DNA of 64,000 bases from Leucoraja erinacea (lineage: Eukaryota), in the NCBI RefSeq assembly GCF_028641065.1, contig NC_073403.1:23374001-23438000 (forward strand), read 5' to 3'. The translations under genes were made by a program, and so were the position numbers. Positions 52,005 to 64,000 of the stretch are shown here, piece by piece. Every line of letters begins with the position of its first letter. Position 1 is the first letter of the stretch. The notes under the pieces are model-generated. The model worked only from the letters and a program-made list of their open reading frames with translations. It did no database searches and was not told the DNA's origin.

Positions 52005-52850
52005 AGCACATCAATGCCTCTATTTCCTTAGAAAGCTATCAAAGTTCAATATGTCCCCAATCACTCTCGCCATCATCTACAGGTGCGCCGTAGAATGCAT
52101 CTTATCGGGATGCATAACATCATGGTTTGGGAACAGCTTCATCCAAGTCTGCAAGAAATTGCAGAGAGTTGTGGACGTCGCCCAGACCATCACACAAACC
52201 AACCTCCCTGCCATTGAGGCTCACGACAAAGGAAGAACTAAGGGAAGGACTTTAACTTTATTTCGTCTTCCATCACAGTGACGAATGTGTAGGAGTCACT
52301 GTGGTGGATGTTCATGTTAAAATGTGTTTTTGAGTGATCTGTTGCTTTTAATTGTAATTCTGCCAGGCCAATGAATTTCCTCGTATGTTGCAAAATAGAC
52401 TTGGCGAATAAAGTGTGATTCTGATTCTGATTCTGATTTACACTTCACGCTGCCTCGGCAAGGCCACCAGCATAATAACCAGACCCCCTCGTCTCCCCTC
52501 TCCCATCAGCCAAGAGGTACAGTTATTTGAAAACTCATACCTCCAGATTCAGGGACAGTTTCTTCCCATCTATTATCAGGCAACTGAATACTCCTCTCAT
52601 TAGCTTAAGTGCAGTCCTGACCTCACATCTACCTCATTGGAGAACTTTGATCTATCTTTATTCGGACATTATTGGACCTCAATGTTACATCTTGAACTGA
52701 ATGTTGTACCCTTTATATTGTATCTGTACATTGTGGACGGCTTGAATTTATTCTTGTATAGTCTTTTCTCTGACTGCATAACATGCAAACAAAAGCTTTT
52801 CACCGTACTTCAGTACACGTGACAATAATAAACTAAACTAAATTAAACTT
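52005..52850 (+). mobile_element. Rex1/L2-like LINE 3' fragment with nested insert
   Basis: YRCAVECILSGCITSWFGN..KKLQRVV followed by an (aaact)n tail. Confidence 0.75.
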
Positions 52851-53467
52851 TTATTGCCACAGACTTTGTTTTGTATGCTATCCAAACAGATCAGATATAC
52901 CAAACGCAAATACAATAGCGTGCAACATAACTAACATAACTCCCCACCCCAATTGGTCCCTCCATTAGAATTTCAAAAGGATTTCTAACAGTCCTCGTGT
53001 TACCTGTGTTTTTCTATGACCGAGGAAGAAGCCATTCAGCACATCAAATCTGACCGACAATCAGAAGTTTCATAAGTTGCATCCTGATGCAATTAGACCC
53101 ATTGAGGTATACATCATGCAAACATGTCCTCCACCCCAACGCACCCTTGCCGAGCATGATGCCCATTTGCTACATTTGCACTATATCGTTCTCAATTACT
53201 GCGGCAGATCGGCGGGTCGAATTTGCCTCCTGCGGCCTGGGCTTTGGAACTCTGGCCAGGCAGGACCTGGCAGATCCGTTCCCATATCCGACTTCCAAGC
53301 CCGACTTTGCAGGCCAGTATCTCAGCCCCTCTTCAGCTGAGGCAGACCGTTCCAGTACCACTGGACTCCTCTCAGAGATCGTGATCTCTGTTGGTACAGC
53401 AAAACGGATATTCCAGAAATGCTCTGGAACAAAGGGTGCCAGAAAATTGGTAGTGGACATTTATTAG

Positions 53468-53575
53468 AAAGCTAGCATCCTTAATGGCAACTGTAAACCT
53501 TTGGATTGTTGATAAAACCCATGTGGTTCACTAATATCCTTCAGGGAAGGAAATGTACTTTGCCTCCAACAGTGC
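53468..53575 (+). mobile_element. Deu-domain SINE (SacSINE1/AmnSINE-like) fragment
   Basis: aaaacccatgtggttcactaatatccttcagggaaggaaat resembles the Deu core. Recognised from memory. Confidence 0.55.
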
Positions 53576-53592
53576 AGCAGTCCCTCAGTTCT

Positions 53593-56500
53593 ACCCTTCA
53601 TTAGTTTGACCACCAGCGGATGGGACCCCATGGCCTGTTGTCCAGGAGCTGGTTTTAAATAGACAGGCAGGGCACTTCTAGCTGTGTTGATGGCTCTGTA
53701 GCTGAAGTCCTTCATCGTGGTGAAGGTTCGCCAGGAATTCCAGTACGTTGGTAACTGTAGCGGTTGAGTAGGTGGTCCCTGTATCCAAGCAGTACTTCTC
53801 CCATTTCTTGATGCTGGACAAGCGCTGTTTTTTAGTGGATGTTCGGAGGGATGCTGACATGGTGTTGACGGTTTATTCTGATAATCCCAGTCCCAGAAGT
53901 GGTTTGTGCAGAATCTGCAACCCAGGAGTTTTTTTGTTTTTTTTCTTTTTGTTTTTTTTTCATGGCACGGGTGGCTTGTGCCCGACACTGGGTGTTAATA
54001 ACTCTGGGTCACTGGGGAATACCTTCGGAGTTTCAACAACATGTCATGGAGTATTGGGAACCATGGCTGCGTAGGCCAGTCGGGTACTATCAAAATACCT
54101 GAAGCAGAGTCCATTTGTATTGTGCGTAGTCCCCAACTGATGAGGCAGAAGGGAGGAAATGCATAGAAGAAGAATTTCCCCAATCCAGTGTGAACGTATC
54201 TACCACTGCTGCCTCAGGGTCTGGTTCCCAAGCGACATACATAGGTACCTGGTGATTTAGCCTTGATGCAAATAAATCGATATCTGGCGTGCCATATTGC
54301 TTGATAACTTTTGCAAATATTTTGGTGTTTAACATTCATTCGATGTTGTCATTAAATTTACGTGATCTGGTGTCTGCCACTGTATTTAGCTTACCTGGCA
54401 GGTAAGTTGCTGATAGCCAAATATGTCTTTCGACACACCATTGCCAAATTGTGTTAACCAACTTGTCGCATGATACCGATTTTATGCCGCCCAAATGGTT
54501 AATGTAGGCCACCATCGTAGTATTATCTATTTGTAACCGTACATGCACGTGATGCATATTTGTGCATATGCTTTTAAACCATAAAAGTCACCCAACATCT
54601 CCAGATAATTAATGCCCAGTGTAAGTGGTAACGATGACTCTGGGTTAGTCCATCTACTACTTGTGCTGGATATAGAGTTAGTTGCTCCCCAGGCTTGAGC
54701 ACTGGCATCTGTTTGGATAGCTAACGTAGGGTTAGTGATGATAATAGGCTGAAATTATGCCTACATTTTTTGCCCACCACTGTAGTTCTGATATTGCTTC
54801 AGTGGGTAACTTCATGACACGATCATAATGACCTGTATGTCATTTTGATGCCTGTACCTTTGCTCTTTGTAAGTTTTGACAGTGCAAAGAACCGAATTGT
54901 GTAGCCGGAAATGCTGCTACCATTTTCCCAATTACTCTGTTACTTGTCGAATAGTTGGGCGTACGTTGACCATTAAATTGTTGCATGACTGTGCCAATTC
55001 AACTGTTTTGTCTCTTGGCAATGTTACAATCACGTAGACTGATTTAATTGTGAAGCCCAAGTAGTCCATGATTGTGGATGGCTTCAACTTAAATTTATCT
55101 GGATGTAAGACAATCCCAGGGTTTCGAATAACTGTTTGGTAGCTGATACAGCTAACATAGTCAATTCTATGGTCTTGCCTATTATTTAAAATATCATCAA
55201 GTTATGCCATGACAATATGCTTTTGCCTTCTGAATATTGCCAGAGCTGGTTTTAGTATCTTGGTGAATAATCTTGGGCTGATGTGAACCCATTGGGTAAC
55301 GCTTTAAACAGCCATAGCTGCCCCATCCAGGTAAATTTCAGGTATCTGCGATGATCCTTGTTATTGATACTAAATAGTAAACATCTTTAAGATCAATGCT
55401 TGCCATGAAGTATCCTTTGGAAATTAGTTGTTTGGCAGTAACAACCGTTTCCATTTTGAAATGTATATACTTAACAAACATATTTAGTGAAGTTAAGTCA
55501 ATGATGATGCGACATCCACCATCTTTTTGGGTTTAGTGACGAATATTTGATACGAATACCAAGGGTTCATGATTCCCATGATACCCTTTGTAATTAGTCT
55601 CACCAGTTCAGCTTGCCCCTCTCGTTTCTTTAACGGAGAGGGAAAATACCCTCTGGGGTGAATGTTGAACTGGTGGCAATTTTTCTAGTATGAATTGTAT
55701 TTTGTATCCACTAAAGCCATTGAGTATATACTGATCACTCGTGATACTCCCCTGCTTCTTAAAACAGGTGTAATCTCCCCCCTGTTAGTATTAAGCCCCT
55801 ATTTTCTATACGTTGGTAGGAACCAAACCCACCTACCTCCATGGTTATGGGTATTCTTCTGTTTCCTGCCGGTCCAATGAGTCTTGCACGTTGCCTGACT
55901 GGGCGGTGATGGTGGGGGGGGGTGGCGCATTTTCCATGGGGTCCACTCTGGGCCCTGGTCTAAAGAAGACTTCCGGGGATAGAATGCGGGCCCCGAGCTT
56001 TACACCAGTCCCATATGGTAGACGTCGACTGATGGATGCGATGGGGTGCTGCTGCTTAGGAATTATTGTTTTTGGTTTGCTCGTCCCGGGGCCTGCCCTC
56101 ATGAGACCGAAAGCTTGTTAAGGCCTCTCCAGATCCTTCATATGCTGTGTGAGGTTTTTGCCAAAGAGCAGTGGGTCTGGCTCAGTGGCTGGGGTTTTGC
56201 ACAACCCCGCAAATTTAGGATTTTATGGCAGGTCTTATGATTTGTTTACGAAGGTTGTGGTCATCTCCGTATTTGTCCACGGAACGAGCAAACGATGTGA
56301 TGGCTGACGTCAGGAGCCTGAGGATCCGCTGCAGTTTCAGCTCCTGGTTTCGAATGTTTGCCCCAACGTGCCCCCACTTTTGGCTGTTTACAGCCAGCAC
56401 TTTAAGGGACTCACAGTTCTCTGGAGCTGTATACGCCTCATTGACCACCTCTCCTGTAGGGCCTTGAACGGCCTCCTGCACGTGGGGTTGCCAAGTAGCA

Positions 56501-57189
56501 GTCCTCCACACCTAGCAGCTCTTCCTGTTCCTGCACCCCTTGCATACTCCCGACATCTTCAGCCAGCGTCCCCTCTTCTTCACCAGCCCAGTCCTGGTCA
56601 CCAAAGCTACCCTCGGGTAAGGAGGAAGCAATGGACAGTGCACGAGACACTGTGGAGGGAGTGCCTGAACTCCCCCTGCGAGAGCGCCCCTCACAAGCGC
56701 GTCTCGCTGGAGCTCCTGCTCCTGGAGCCGCTCCGTGCGGCTCAAGCGGCTGTCTCCCCTCCCCGTGCGGGTAGAGAGATGTCCCCTTCCGACAAGTCGG
56801 AAGCCACCGGCCGGACGCCTCTTCCGTGGCTTTACATCCAGCCCGCTGCTCAGGCGCTAGCGGGCTGGGCTCGGCACAGTGTCGGGGAATAGCGGAGCGC
56901 CCGGTAAGCGGTCCTACCGCCTTGTTGCTGCCCCCCAGATGGAACGCTCCTCCATGGAGTCGAGCGGGGGACAGGTTTGTCCAAGAGCCTTTCTTCGCTG
57001 CCTGGAAGGCAGAAGGCTCTCCTGTGAAAGAAAACCTCAACCTCAGAGCTTACCTGACGGTGCGTCTTTCTCCTCCATAGCGGGAGCGCCTGAGTCCCGA
57101 CGCGCCGCTGTTGCACTGCTGGCGTTAATGCCGCGCATGCGTGCTGAGCGGGTTCTTCACGTAGTCACTCACGTGACTCCGAAGTAAAA
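53593..57189 (-). mobile_element. DIRS1-like tyrosine-recombinase retrotransposon, 3'-truncated and inactivated (gag, RT, RNase H, MT-like domain, YR N-terminus)
   Basis: RT: KDGGCRIIIDL..HFKME..MASIDLKD..IVMA*LDDI. RNase H: QTDAS..INYLE..IDNTT..YLPGKLNTVAD. MT-like: DIDLFAS..AFPPF..PDWPTQPW. YR: VLEFL..INTARSAL..GSHPLVVKLMKG. The 5' terminus begins TTTT. Confidence 0.9.
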
Positions 57190-57336
57190 TCAAATGGTTA
57201 TCACCTCTTCCCCAGCCAACAATAGGTGATTATTGGTTCCATCCTTCCTTGCTCATCTGTTGCCGGCCCTGATTTGTTCTGGCCTTTTCCTACCTCCAAT
57301 TTCCCCCTGCTCTATTTTCAGTCTGAAGAAGCGTTA

Positions 57337-57568
57337 AGGGCCTGTCCCACTTGGGTGTCATTTGCGTGTCACGCAGATGGCGCGCAAAGGTTTTGTACAT
57401 CCCAAAATCCTGGGGCGCCGCGCGCAACCGTGCATCACTGCCTACATCACCACGCACCATGCGCGCATTATACGCACCATACGCACATGAAATGCGGGTC
57501 ACGATGCGCGCGTCGTGCATCATGCCGCGTAAATGATGCGCAAATGACGCCCATGTGGGACAGGCCCT
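57337..57568. mobile_element. PIF/Harbinger-type MITE, family A (inverted relative to 4390-4565)
   Basis: Same TIRs, TTA TSD. Confidence 0.85.
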
Positions 57569-58609
57569 TTACCTCCCACATCGTCACCTATCCATGTTCT
57601 CCAGAGATGCTGCCTGCCCTGCTGAGTTACTCCAGCACTTTGTGTCTATCTTCAAAATCAAATGAAAATTGTATTTAGAACCACCAGCACTAAAGTATGA
57701 GTTGTATCCTTCATTGAAGTGAAATATGCAATGTAAAGGAGGATAGTTTTCTAAAGATTTTCACAGAGCTTTAAAAATGGAACTTGAAAGGTTTTATCCT
57801 GGTCAATAGTAAATTCTATTAAGCCACAGTATGAAGAGCCTTATGCTTATTCAAAGCACGATCTTAATTACAGTAACTTGTATCAATGTTTGGGCTCTTC
57901 ATTATGAAGAGCAATTTGGACCCGTATCATCAAGATGCTTAATAATCTTGAACAAGTTAATGTAATCACTCCAAAGTCTTTTTATCAAATGAAGCAATTA
58001 CTTTCTTTAACTTTTCAGCATAAATTAATCATTTCATGACAAATGTGTATCTGGAACTACAGTTAATAAACATAGCTTTAATGCTGGCATTGTATCCACA
58101 AAATATTGATGACTGCACTTTACTATTTGTATTACTACTGTCAGCCGAATAAAATAAGTATTAAATCCAGGTTAACTAGACCCCGTCAATTCATAAACTC
58201 TGTCATCAGGATCATGACCTTGACAATGTTGTATATGATTGCATCTATTTACTGCTAATCAATTCCATGCAGACATAATTCAAGCATTGACTTCAATCCA
58301 CAAATGAATCAGCTGCAACAACATTTTGCTGACTTTCCTTCTCATCCGCTGCGTCATTACGATGTTTACTTTAGTTTAGAGCAACAGCGCAGAAACTTGC
58401 CTTTCGGTCCAGCGAGTCTGTGCCGACCAGTGATCCTCACATGCACCAACTCTATCCCAGCACTAGCATCAATTTACTCTCCGTATTCTCCAGAAATGCT
58501 GCCTGACTTGCTGGGTTACTCAAGCACTCTGTACCTTACTTCCAGCCGACTCTTAACCGTGCTCTGAAATGATGCACTAGTCCCCTCAGATCAAAGATCA
58601 TTAGAGATG

Positions 58610-58965
58610 GACAATAATTGATAGAGTGAATGTTGAGAGGATGTTTCCACTAATGGGAGAGTTTAGGACCAGAGGTCATAGCCTCAGAATAAAAGGGCGT
58701 ACCTTTAGAAAGGAGAAAAGAAGGATTTATTTAGTCAGAGGGTGTTGAATCTGTGGAATTCATTGTCGCAGTCGGCCCAAGTCAATGGATATTTTTATGG
58801 TGATGATTCTTGATTGATGCATGAGTGTCAGGGGTTAAGGGGAGAAGGCAGGAGAATGGGGTTGTGAGGAAAAGATAGATCAGCCATGATTGAATGGTGG
58901 AATAGACTTGATTGGTCGAATAGCCCAATTCTTCTCCTTGAACTTATGACCTTATGAATTTATGA
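58610..58965 (+). mobile_element. CR1 3' fragment
   Basis: agagggtgttgaatctgtggaattc...gatcagccatgattgaatgg followed by a (ttatga) tail. Confidence 0.75.
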
Positions 58966-59352
58966 ACATCCATATCCAATGTATCAATCAGGCAAAATCT
59001 CACTGCACACTCTTTCTCACAGGTGATACTATTCAGAAAAAGCACCAGCAGAGAAAAATGCCATCGACTAAATTAACTCATTTACATGCTGTTGATATTA
59101 TCCTGCAGTCAGCCCCTGCAGAAAAGTTTACAAATGGTAATTACAATGCTTCATTCACATATTTTGCCTCTGGCTCATTTCATGTGGCTTCTGGGAATAT
59201 TACATGAACCGACCTGGTATTTCTGTCTTGATGCGTGTCTCATCCCAATTCTTCTGCTATCAAGATAAAAACAGCCTGTGTACCGGTTTTCAACAGACAG
59301 CGTGTCAGAACCATCGGATCAGCCAGAAGCAGACTCCAATTTAAAGTTTTTG

Positions 59353-59660
59353 TGCGGTGGCACTGTGGTGCAGTGATTGAGTTGCTGCCTTACAGTGCTA
59401 GAGACCCGGGTTCAACCCTTACAAAGGGTGGTGTCTAACGGAGTATGTTCGTTATGCCTGTGACCTGCATTGGTTTTTTCCAGGATCTCTGGTTTCCTCC
59501 CACATCCCAAAGATGTACAGGTCTGTAGGTTAATTGGCTTTTGCATAATTGTAAATTGTCCCTAGTGTGTGTAGGATAGCGTTAGTATGAGGCGATCGTT
59601 GGTCAATGCAGAATTGATGGGCCAAATGGCCTGTTTCAGTCCTGTATCTCTAAACTAAAT
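59353..59660 (+). mobile_element. HE1-type SINE
   Basis: Similarity to the other copies. Confidence 0.8.
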
Positions 59661-60621
59661 GAAACAAATCAGCAGGCCAGGTTAAAATATAATTATGTGC
59701 TTAAATAAGTGTCTGCTGTATTCCATCAGCTCCACCCAAAGTGGGTCTGTCAGAATCTTAGGAAAAAATACCACCTTGACAATTATTCCTTTTCAACCTT
59801 TCCTCTCCAGTGCCAAAAATAAAGAAGAAGAAGGAGAAATTAATCTCTGGTTGCCACAATGGAATAAGGCTAATACATCTTGCCTCTATGCGTCCCAGCC
59901 CACTGATTCAATGAACTCTAATGGTGTCAATTTTTGATCAGGAAGAATTACCTGGCAATCGAATGCTTAGCATCGTGCTTGATGTATGTGAGGAAAGGCT
60001 TGAGATTCAATTCTGAATCCGAAGCAGACAAAATTATTTCACTTTGAATGTAGGTACACATCCCTCTTTGAATTAATAGTTGTATAGAGGAACCAAGCCC
60101 CTGTGTGTTCTATTCTGACACCCTTGGGACAATTTCATGAGTTTGCCATAATAAAACTGGATATATCACTGTACAAACTGCACATGATCTTTTGGCCATC
60201 ATTTAACTATTAAGAAGTTAAGTGTACCGGGATATATAAATAGATTGTTGATGGGATGAGATTCCTTCCCAGCTGCATACAAAATAGAGTCCTTTCTTTG
60301 CCATGAAATTCACAATCATGACAGTTCAAAGACTGCTTTCCAATGCTGGAGCCCCAGAGAGTAAATACATATTTCAAATATCTACCAATGGAGATGGATC
60401 ACCCCTGGGATCCATGAAGTTTCATGATGGAAAATGCATTTTTGCAAACACTTGAATGTTTCAGGTCTTGAATGCAAAATGTGGGCAATCAGCTCCCAAT
60501 GGAAGCATGCCCATATAAATAGTATCATTTAAGTCCCTATCAGGATGTTTTATAACCAATAAGATGAAGCTAGTCTCAATAGAATAGCTCCCCTCCCTTG
60601 CCAATGCCCCGACCTACTTTA

Positions 60622-60915
60622 GATTAGTTTAGTTTAGAGATACAGTGCAGAAACAGCCCCATCGGCCCAACGGCTCCGTGCCGACCAGCACTATCCTACA
60701 CACACTAGGGACAATTTACAATTTGTCAAGCCCGATTAGCCTACAAACCTGTAGGTCTTTGGAGTGTGCGAGGAAACTGGAGCTTCCCTGAGAAAACCCA
60801 CGCAGGACACGGGAAGAACATACAAACTCCGTACAGACAGCACCCATAGGATCGAACCCGGGTCTCTGGCGCTGCAAGTGCTGTAAGGCAGCAACTCTAC
60901 CGCTGCGCCACCGTG
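60622..60915 (-). mobile_element. HE1-type SINE
   Basis: Reverse complement of the consensus. Confidence 0.85.
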
Positions 60916-61107
60916 TCACTCCTACTTCTCGCAGTGCAACCTATGAGCCCCATTTTTACTTATTTTAAATCTTATTTACCCAATTGTCAATTTGCATGTG
61001 AATCGTGTGATAATCAGAGAGTATTATCCTCTTGGTTCTTATTTTGCCCCAAACTGCTCACAATCCCTCAGTATAATTTTCTTCCTAGTCCTCCCGATGT
61101 CAGTCTG

Positions 61108-61930
61108 AACATAGAACAGTACAGCACAGGAACAGGCCTTTTGGCCCACCATGTAATGGTTGAACATGATGCCATACTAAACTGATCCCATCTGCCAGTA
61201 CATAATCAATATCCTTCTATTCCCTGCACTTCCACGTGCCTATCTAAAAGCCTCTCACACGCCACTAATGTATCCAGATCCTTCACCACCCCTGGTAGTG
61301 TGTTCAAGGCCCCCATTACCGTCTGAGTACAAAACTGGGCCCCACAGCTCCATTAAACATGCCCCTCTCACCTTATAGTTTATGCCCTCTACTATTGGAC
61401 ATTTTCACCTTGAGAAAAAGGTTCTGACTGTCTACTCTATCCATGCCCCTCATAATTAAATATATTTCTATCAAGTTTCCCCTCAACTTCCAACGTTCCA
61501 GAGAAAACAATCCAAGTCTATCCAACCTCTCCCTAAAGCTGCAACCCACTAATCCAGGCAGCATTCAGGCAGACCTCCTCTACACTCTCTCCAAAGCCTC
61601 CACATCTCTCCTCTAATGGGGTGACTAGAACTGCATACAATACTCCAAATGTAGCCTACACTAAGTCCTATAGAGCTGCATCATGACCACCTGTCTCTTA
61701 TACTCAATGCCGCCAGCAATAAAGGCAACCATACCATGTGCTTTCTTTGCCACCCGAGCAACTTGAGCTGTTAGCTTTAGTGAGTGAGATATGCACATGG
61801 ACTCCAAGATCCCTCTGCACATCATTGTCGTTAAGGGTCTTGTCATTAGCTGTATACTCTCTCACATTCAACCTCCCAAAGTGCAACACCTTACACATGC
61901 TCGGATTAAACTCCATTTACCATTTTTGCA
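61108..61930 (-). mobile_element. CR1 LINE 3' fragment
   Basis: MEFNP..CKVLHFGR; ERLDRLGLFSLE..LRGNLIE. Confidence 0.85.
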
Positions 61931-61964
61931 GCTGACCTATATCCCACAGTATCTGCTGACATTG

Positions 61965-63000
61965 CTGAATGGATAGCAAATTGCCTTAATGGAAGGAAGC
62001 AGAGGGTGATGGTGGAAGGTTGCTTTTCGAACTGAAGGCCTGTGACTAGTGGTGTGCCTCAGGGTTCGGTGCTGGGCCCATTGCTGTCTGTCATCCGTAT
62101 CAATGATTTGGATGAGAAATATGTGGTGTTGAAGATAGTGAAGATGGATGTCAAAGATTACAGCAGGATCTTGATCAGTTGGCCGGGTTGGCTGAGCAAT
62201 GGTTGCTGGAATTTAATATTGAGAAATGCGAGGTGTTGCATTTTGGGATGTCTAACATGGCAGGACCTACACAGTGAATGGCAGGGCTCTGGTGAGCGTT
62301 GTAGAGCAGAAGGATCTAAGGGTGCAGGTGCATAGTTCCTTGAATGTGGGGTCACAGGAGGATAAGGTGGTCAAGCAGGCTTTTGGCACGTTGGCCTCCA
62401 TCAGTCAGAGTTTTGAGCATAGAAGTTGGGAGGTCATGTTACAGTTATATAAGACGTTTGTAAGGTCACAATTAGAGTATTGTGTTCAGATTTGGTCACC
62501 TTGTTATAGGAGTGATGTTGTCAAGCTTGAAAGGGTTCAGAGAAGATTTACCAGGATGTTGCCAAGATGTGAGGGATTGAGCTATAGGGAGAGGTTGAGT
62601 AGGCAGCAGGATGAGGGGTAGACAATAGACAATAGACAATAGGTGCAGTAGTAGGCCATTCGGCCCTTCGAGTCAGCACCGCCATTCAATATGATCATGG
62701 TTGATCATCCACAATCATCCACATAGGTTTAGAAAATCAAGAGAAGAATAGATTGGGTAAATGCACAGACTCTTTTGCCCAGAGTAGCGAAATTGAGAAC
62801 CAGGGGACAAATGTTTAATGTGAGGCGGGAAAGATTTAATGGGAACCCGAGGGATAACTGTTTTATACAACGGATGGTGGGTATATGGAACAAGCTGCTG
62901 GAGGAGATAGTTGAGGCTGGTACTATCGCAACCTTGAAGAAACGTTTAGACAGGTACATGAATAGTGTAGGTTTAGAGGGATATGGGCCAAAATGAGGCA
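61965..63000 (+). mobile_element. CR1 LINE fragments
   Basis: [12 protein letters not shown]; LEYCVQIWSP..KLERVQRRFTRM; FIQRMVGIWNKL. Confidence 0.85.
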
Positions 63001-63339
63001 GATGTTACAGGTCTGAATCTTGAATTAATGCTAGTGTAGAAGGGTGGAAAGGTGCCCTTGAATATGGAAAGGTATCCTCATTGCTAAGAATGATTGTTTG
63101 CCTAGTTGTGTGAGTGTATTGCACAGCACACTGTGGGAAGCAGGTGGAACGGACCTTTAAAAGAAGGCAGAAACCGCTTGTGGCAATTATCCATGCACCG
63201 GACACAGTCTCCTTGGTGACAGGGCAGCCCCTCCTCCTGACCAATCAAATCACTCAGCATCGGGGCAGAAAGACAAGGCACCCACTCTCACCGTTATCAT
63301 TGCTTGTTCCAAGTGCATCAATCCTGTGGAATGACCTTT

Positions 63340-63555
63340 AGTACCACTGAAGATAGACACAAAAAGCTGGAGTAACTCAGCTTCTCTGGAGAAAAGGAAT
63401 AGATTACTTTTTGGGTCGAAACCTTTTACATACCGACCCAAAATGAAAAGTCACCTATTCCTTTTCTCCAGAGATGCTGTCTGACCTGCTGGGTTACTCC
63501 AGATTTTTGTGTCGATCTTCGGTTTCAACCAGCATCTGCAGTTCCTTCCTACACT
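63340..63555. mobile_element. Inverted pair of Penelope-like terminal repeats, degenerate
   Basis: Same motif as 3623-3870. Confidence 0.65.
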
Positions 63556-63659
63556 TTACTACATTTGACTTCATTCAGTCCCATCTACTTCCATAGTTAC
63601 TGACAGAGTGTACACTAAATGTTCAGTACTCTGCTGTATCAGATATAGAGCTGGAGACT

Positions 63660-63990
63660 TAGAGACATTCAACACCGAAACAGGCCATTCAGCCCATCAT
63701 GACTGTGCTAACCATCAAACACTCAGTTACACAAATCCAAAACCAATTATACTTAAAAAACAAAATTTAGGCCACATTCTCATCGACTTTCCTCAGATTC
63801 TACCACTCGCCCAAATATGAGAGAAAATGACTGTGACACATTAAGCTATGCACCCACATGACTTTGGGATGTGGGAGGAAACTAGAGCACCCAGATGATT
63901 ACAGCGTGAACATGCAAACTCCACACAGGCAACAGTGGAGGTCAGGATTGAACACTGGGACACTGGGTGCTGTGAGGCAGCAGCTCTATC
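63660..63990 (-). mobile_element. Old HE1-type SINE
   Basis: Diverged reverse-complement copy. Confidence 0.6.
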
Positions 63991-64000
63991 ATCAGTGATG

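Noticed and set aside
61108-62620. Head-to-head CR1 pieces as one twin-primed inversion
   Set aside because: The two pieces cover overlapping parts of ORF2 and differ in sequence, so they are separate insertions.
1-64000. CRISPR arrays, operons or other prokaryotic systems
   Set aside because: The sequence is vertebrate intron; there are no regularly spaced repeats and no dense gene structure.

Overview
This is eukaryotic, repeat-rich vertebrate DNA, almost certainly from an elasmobranch (skate, ray or shark), judged by many HE1/V-SINE-type tRNA SINEs and HER1/CR1 LINEs. The only host-gene coding sequence I can support is two minus-strand exons of an acid-sensing ion channel (ASIC, probably ASIC2) at 6295-6445 and 2655-2711. 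The remaining >57 kb appears to be one intron. It is filled with CR1, Rex1/Babar-like, Vingi/Ingi and Penelope retroelements, a truncated DIRS tyrosine-recombinase retrotransposon, two solo LTRs and several PIF/Harbinger-type MITEs. The most notable observation is a 138-bp non-autonomous retroelement (18912-19049, minus strand, 12-bp TSD). Its first 54 nt fold into a minimal HDV/CPEB3-like self-cleaving ribozyme starting exactly at the element's 5' end, and its 3' tail is shared with a Vingi LINE fragment in the same window. It lies sense to the ASIC pre-mRNA. Short Penelope termini carrying hammerhead-like cores are also abundant. Most ORF-track entries are spurious. Repeat boundaries are approximate unless a TSD is quoted.
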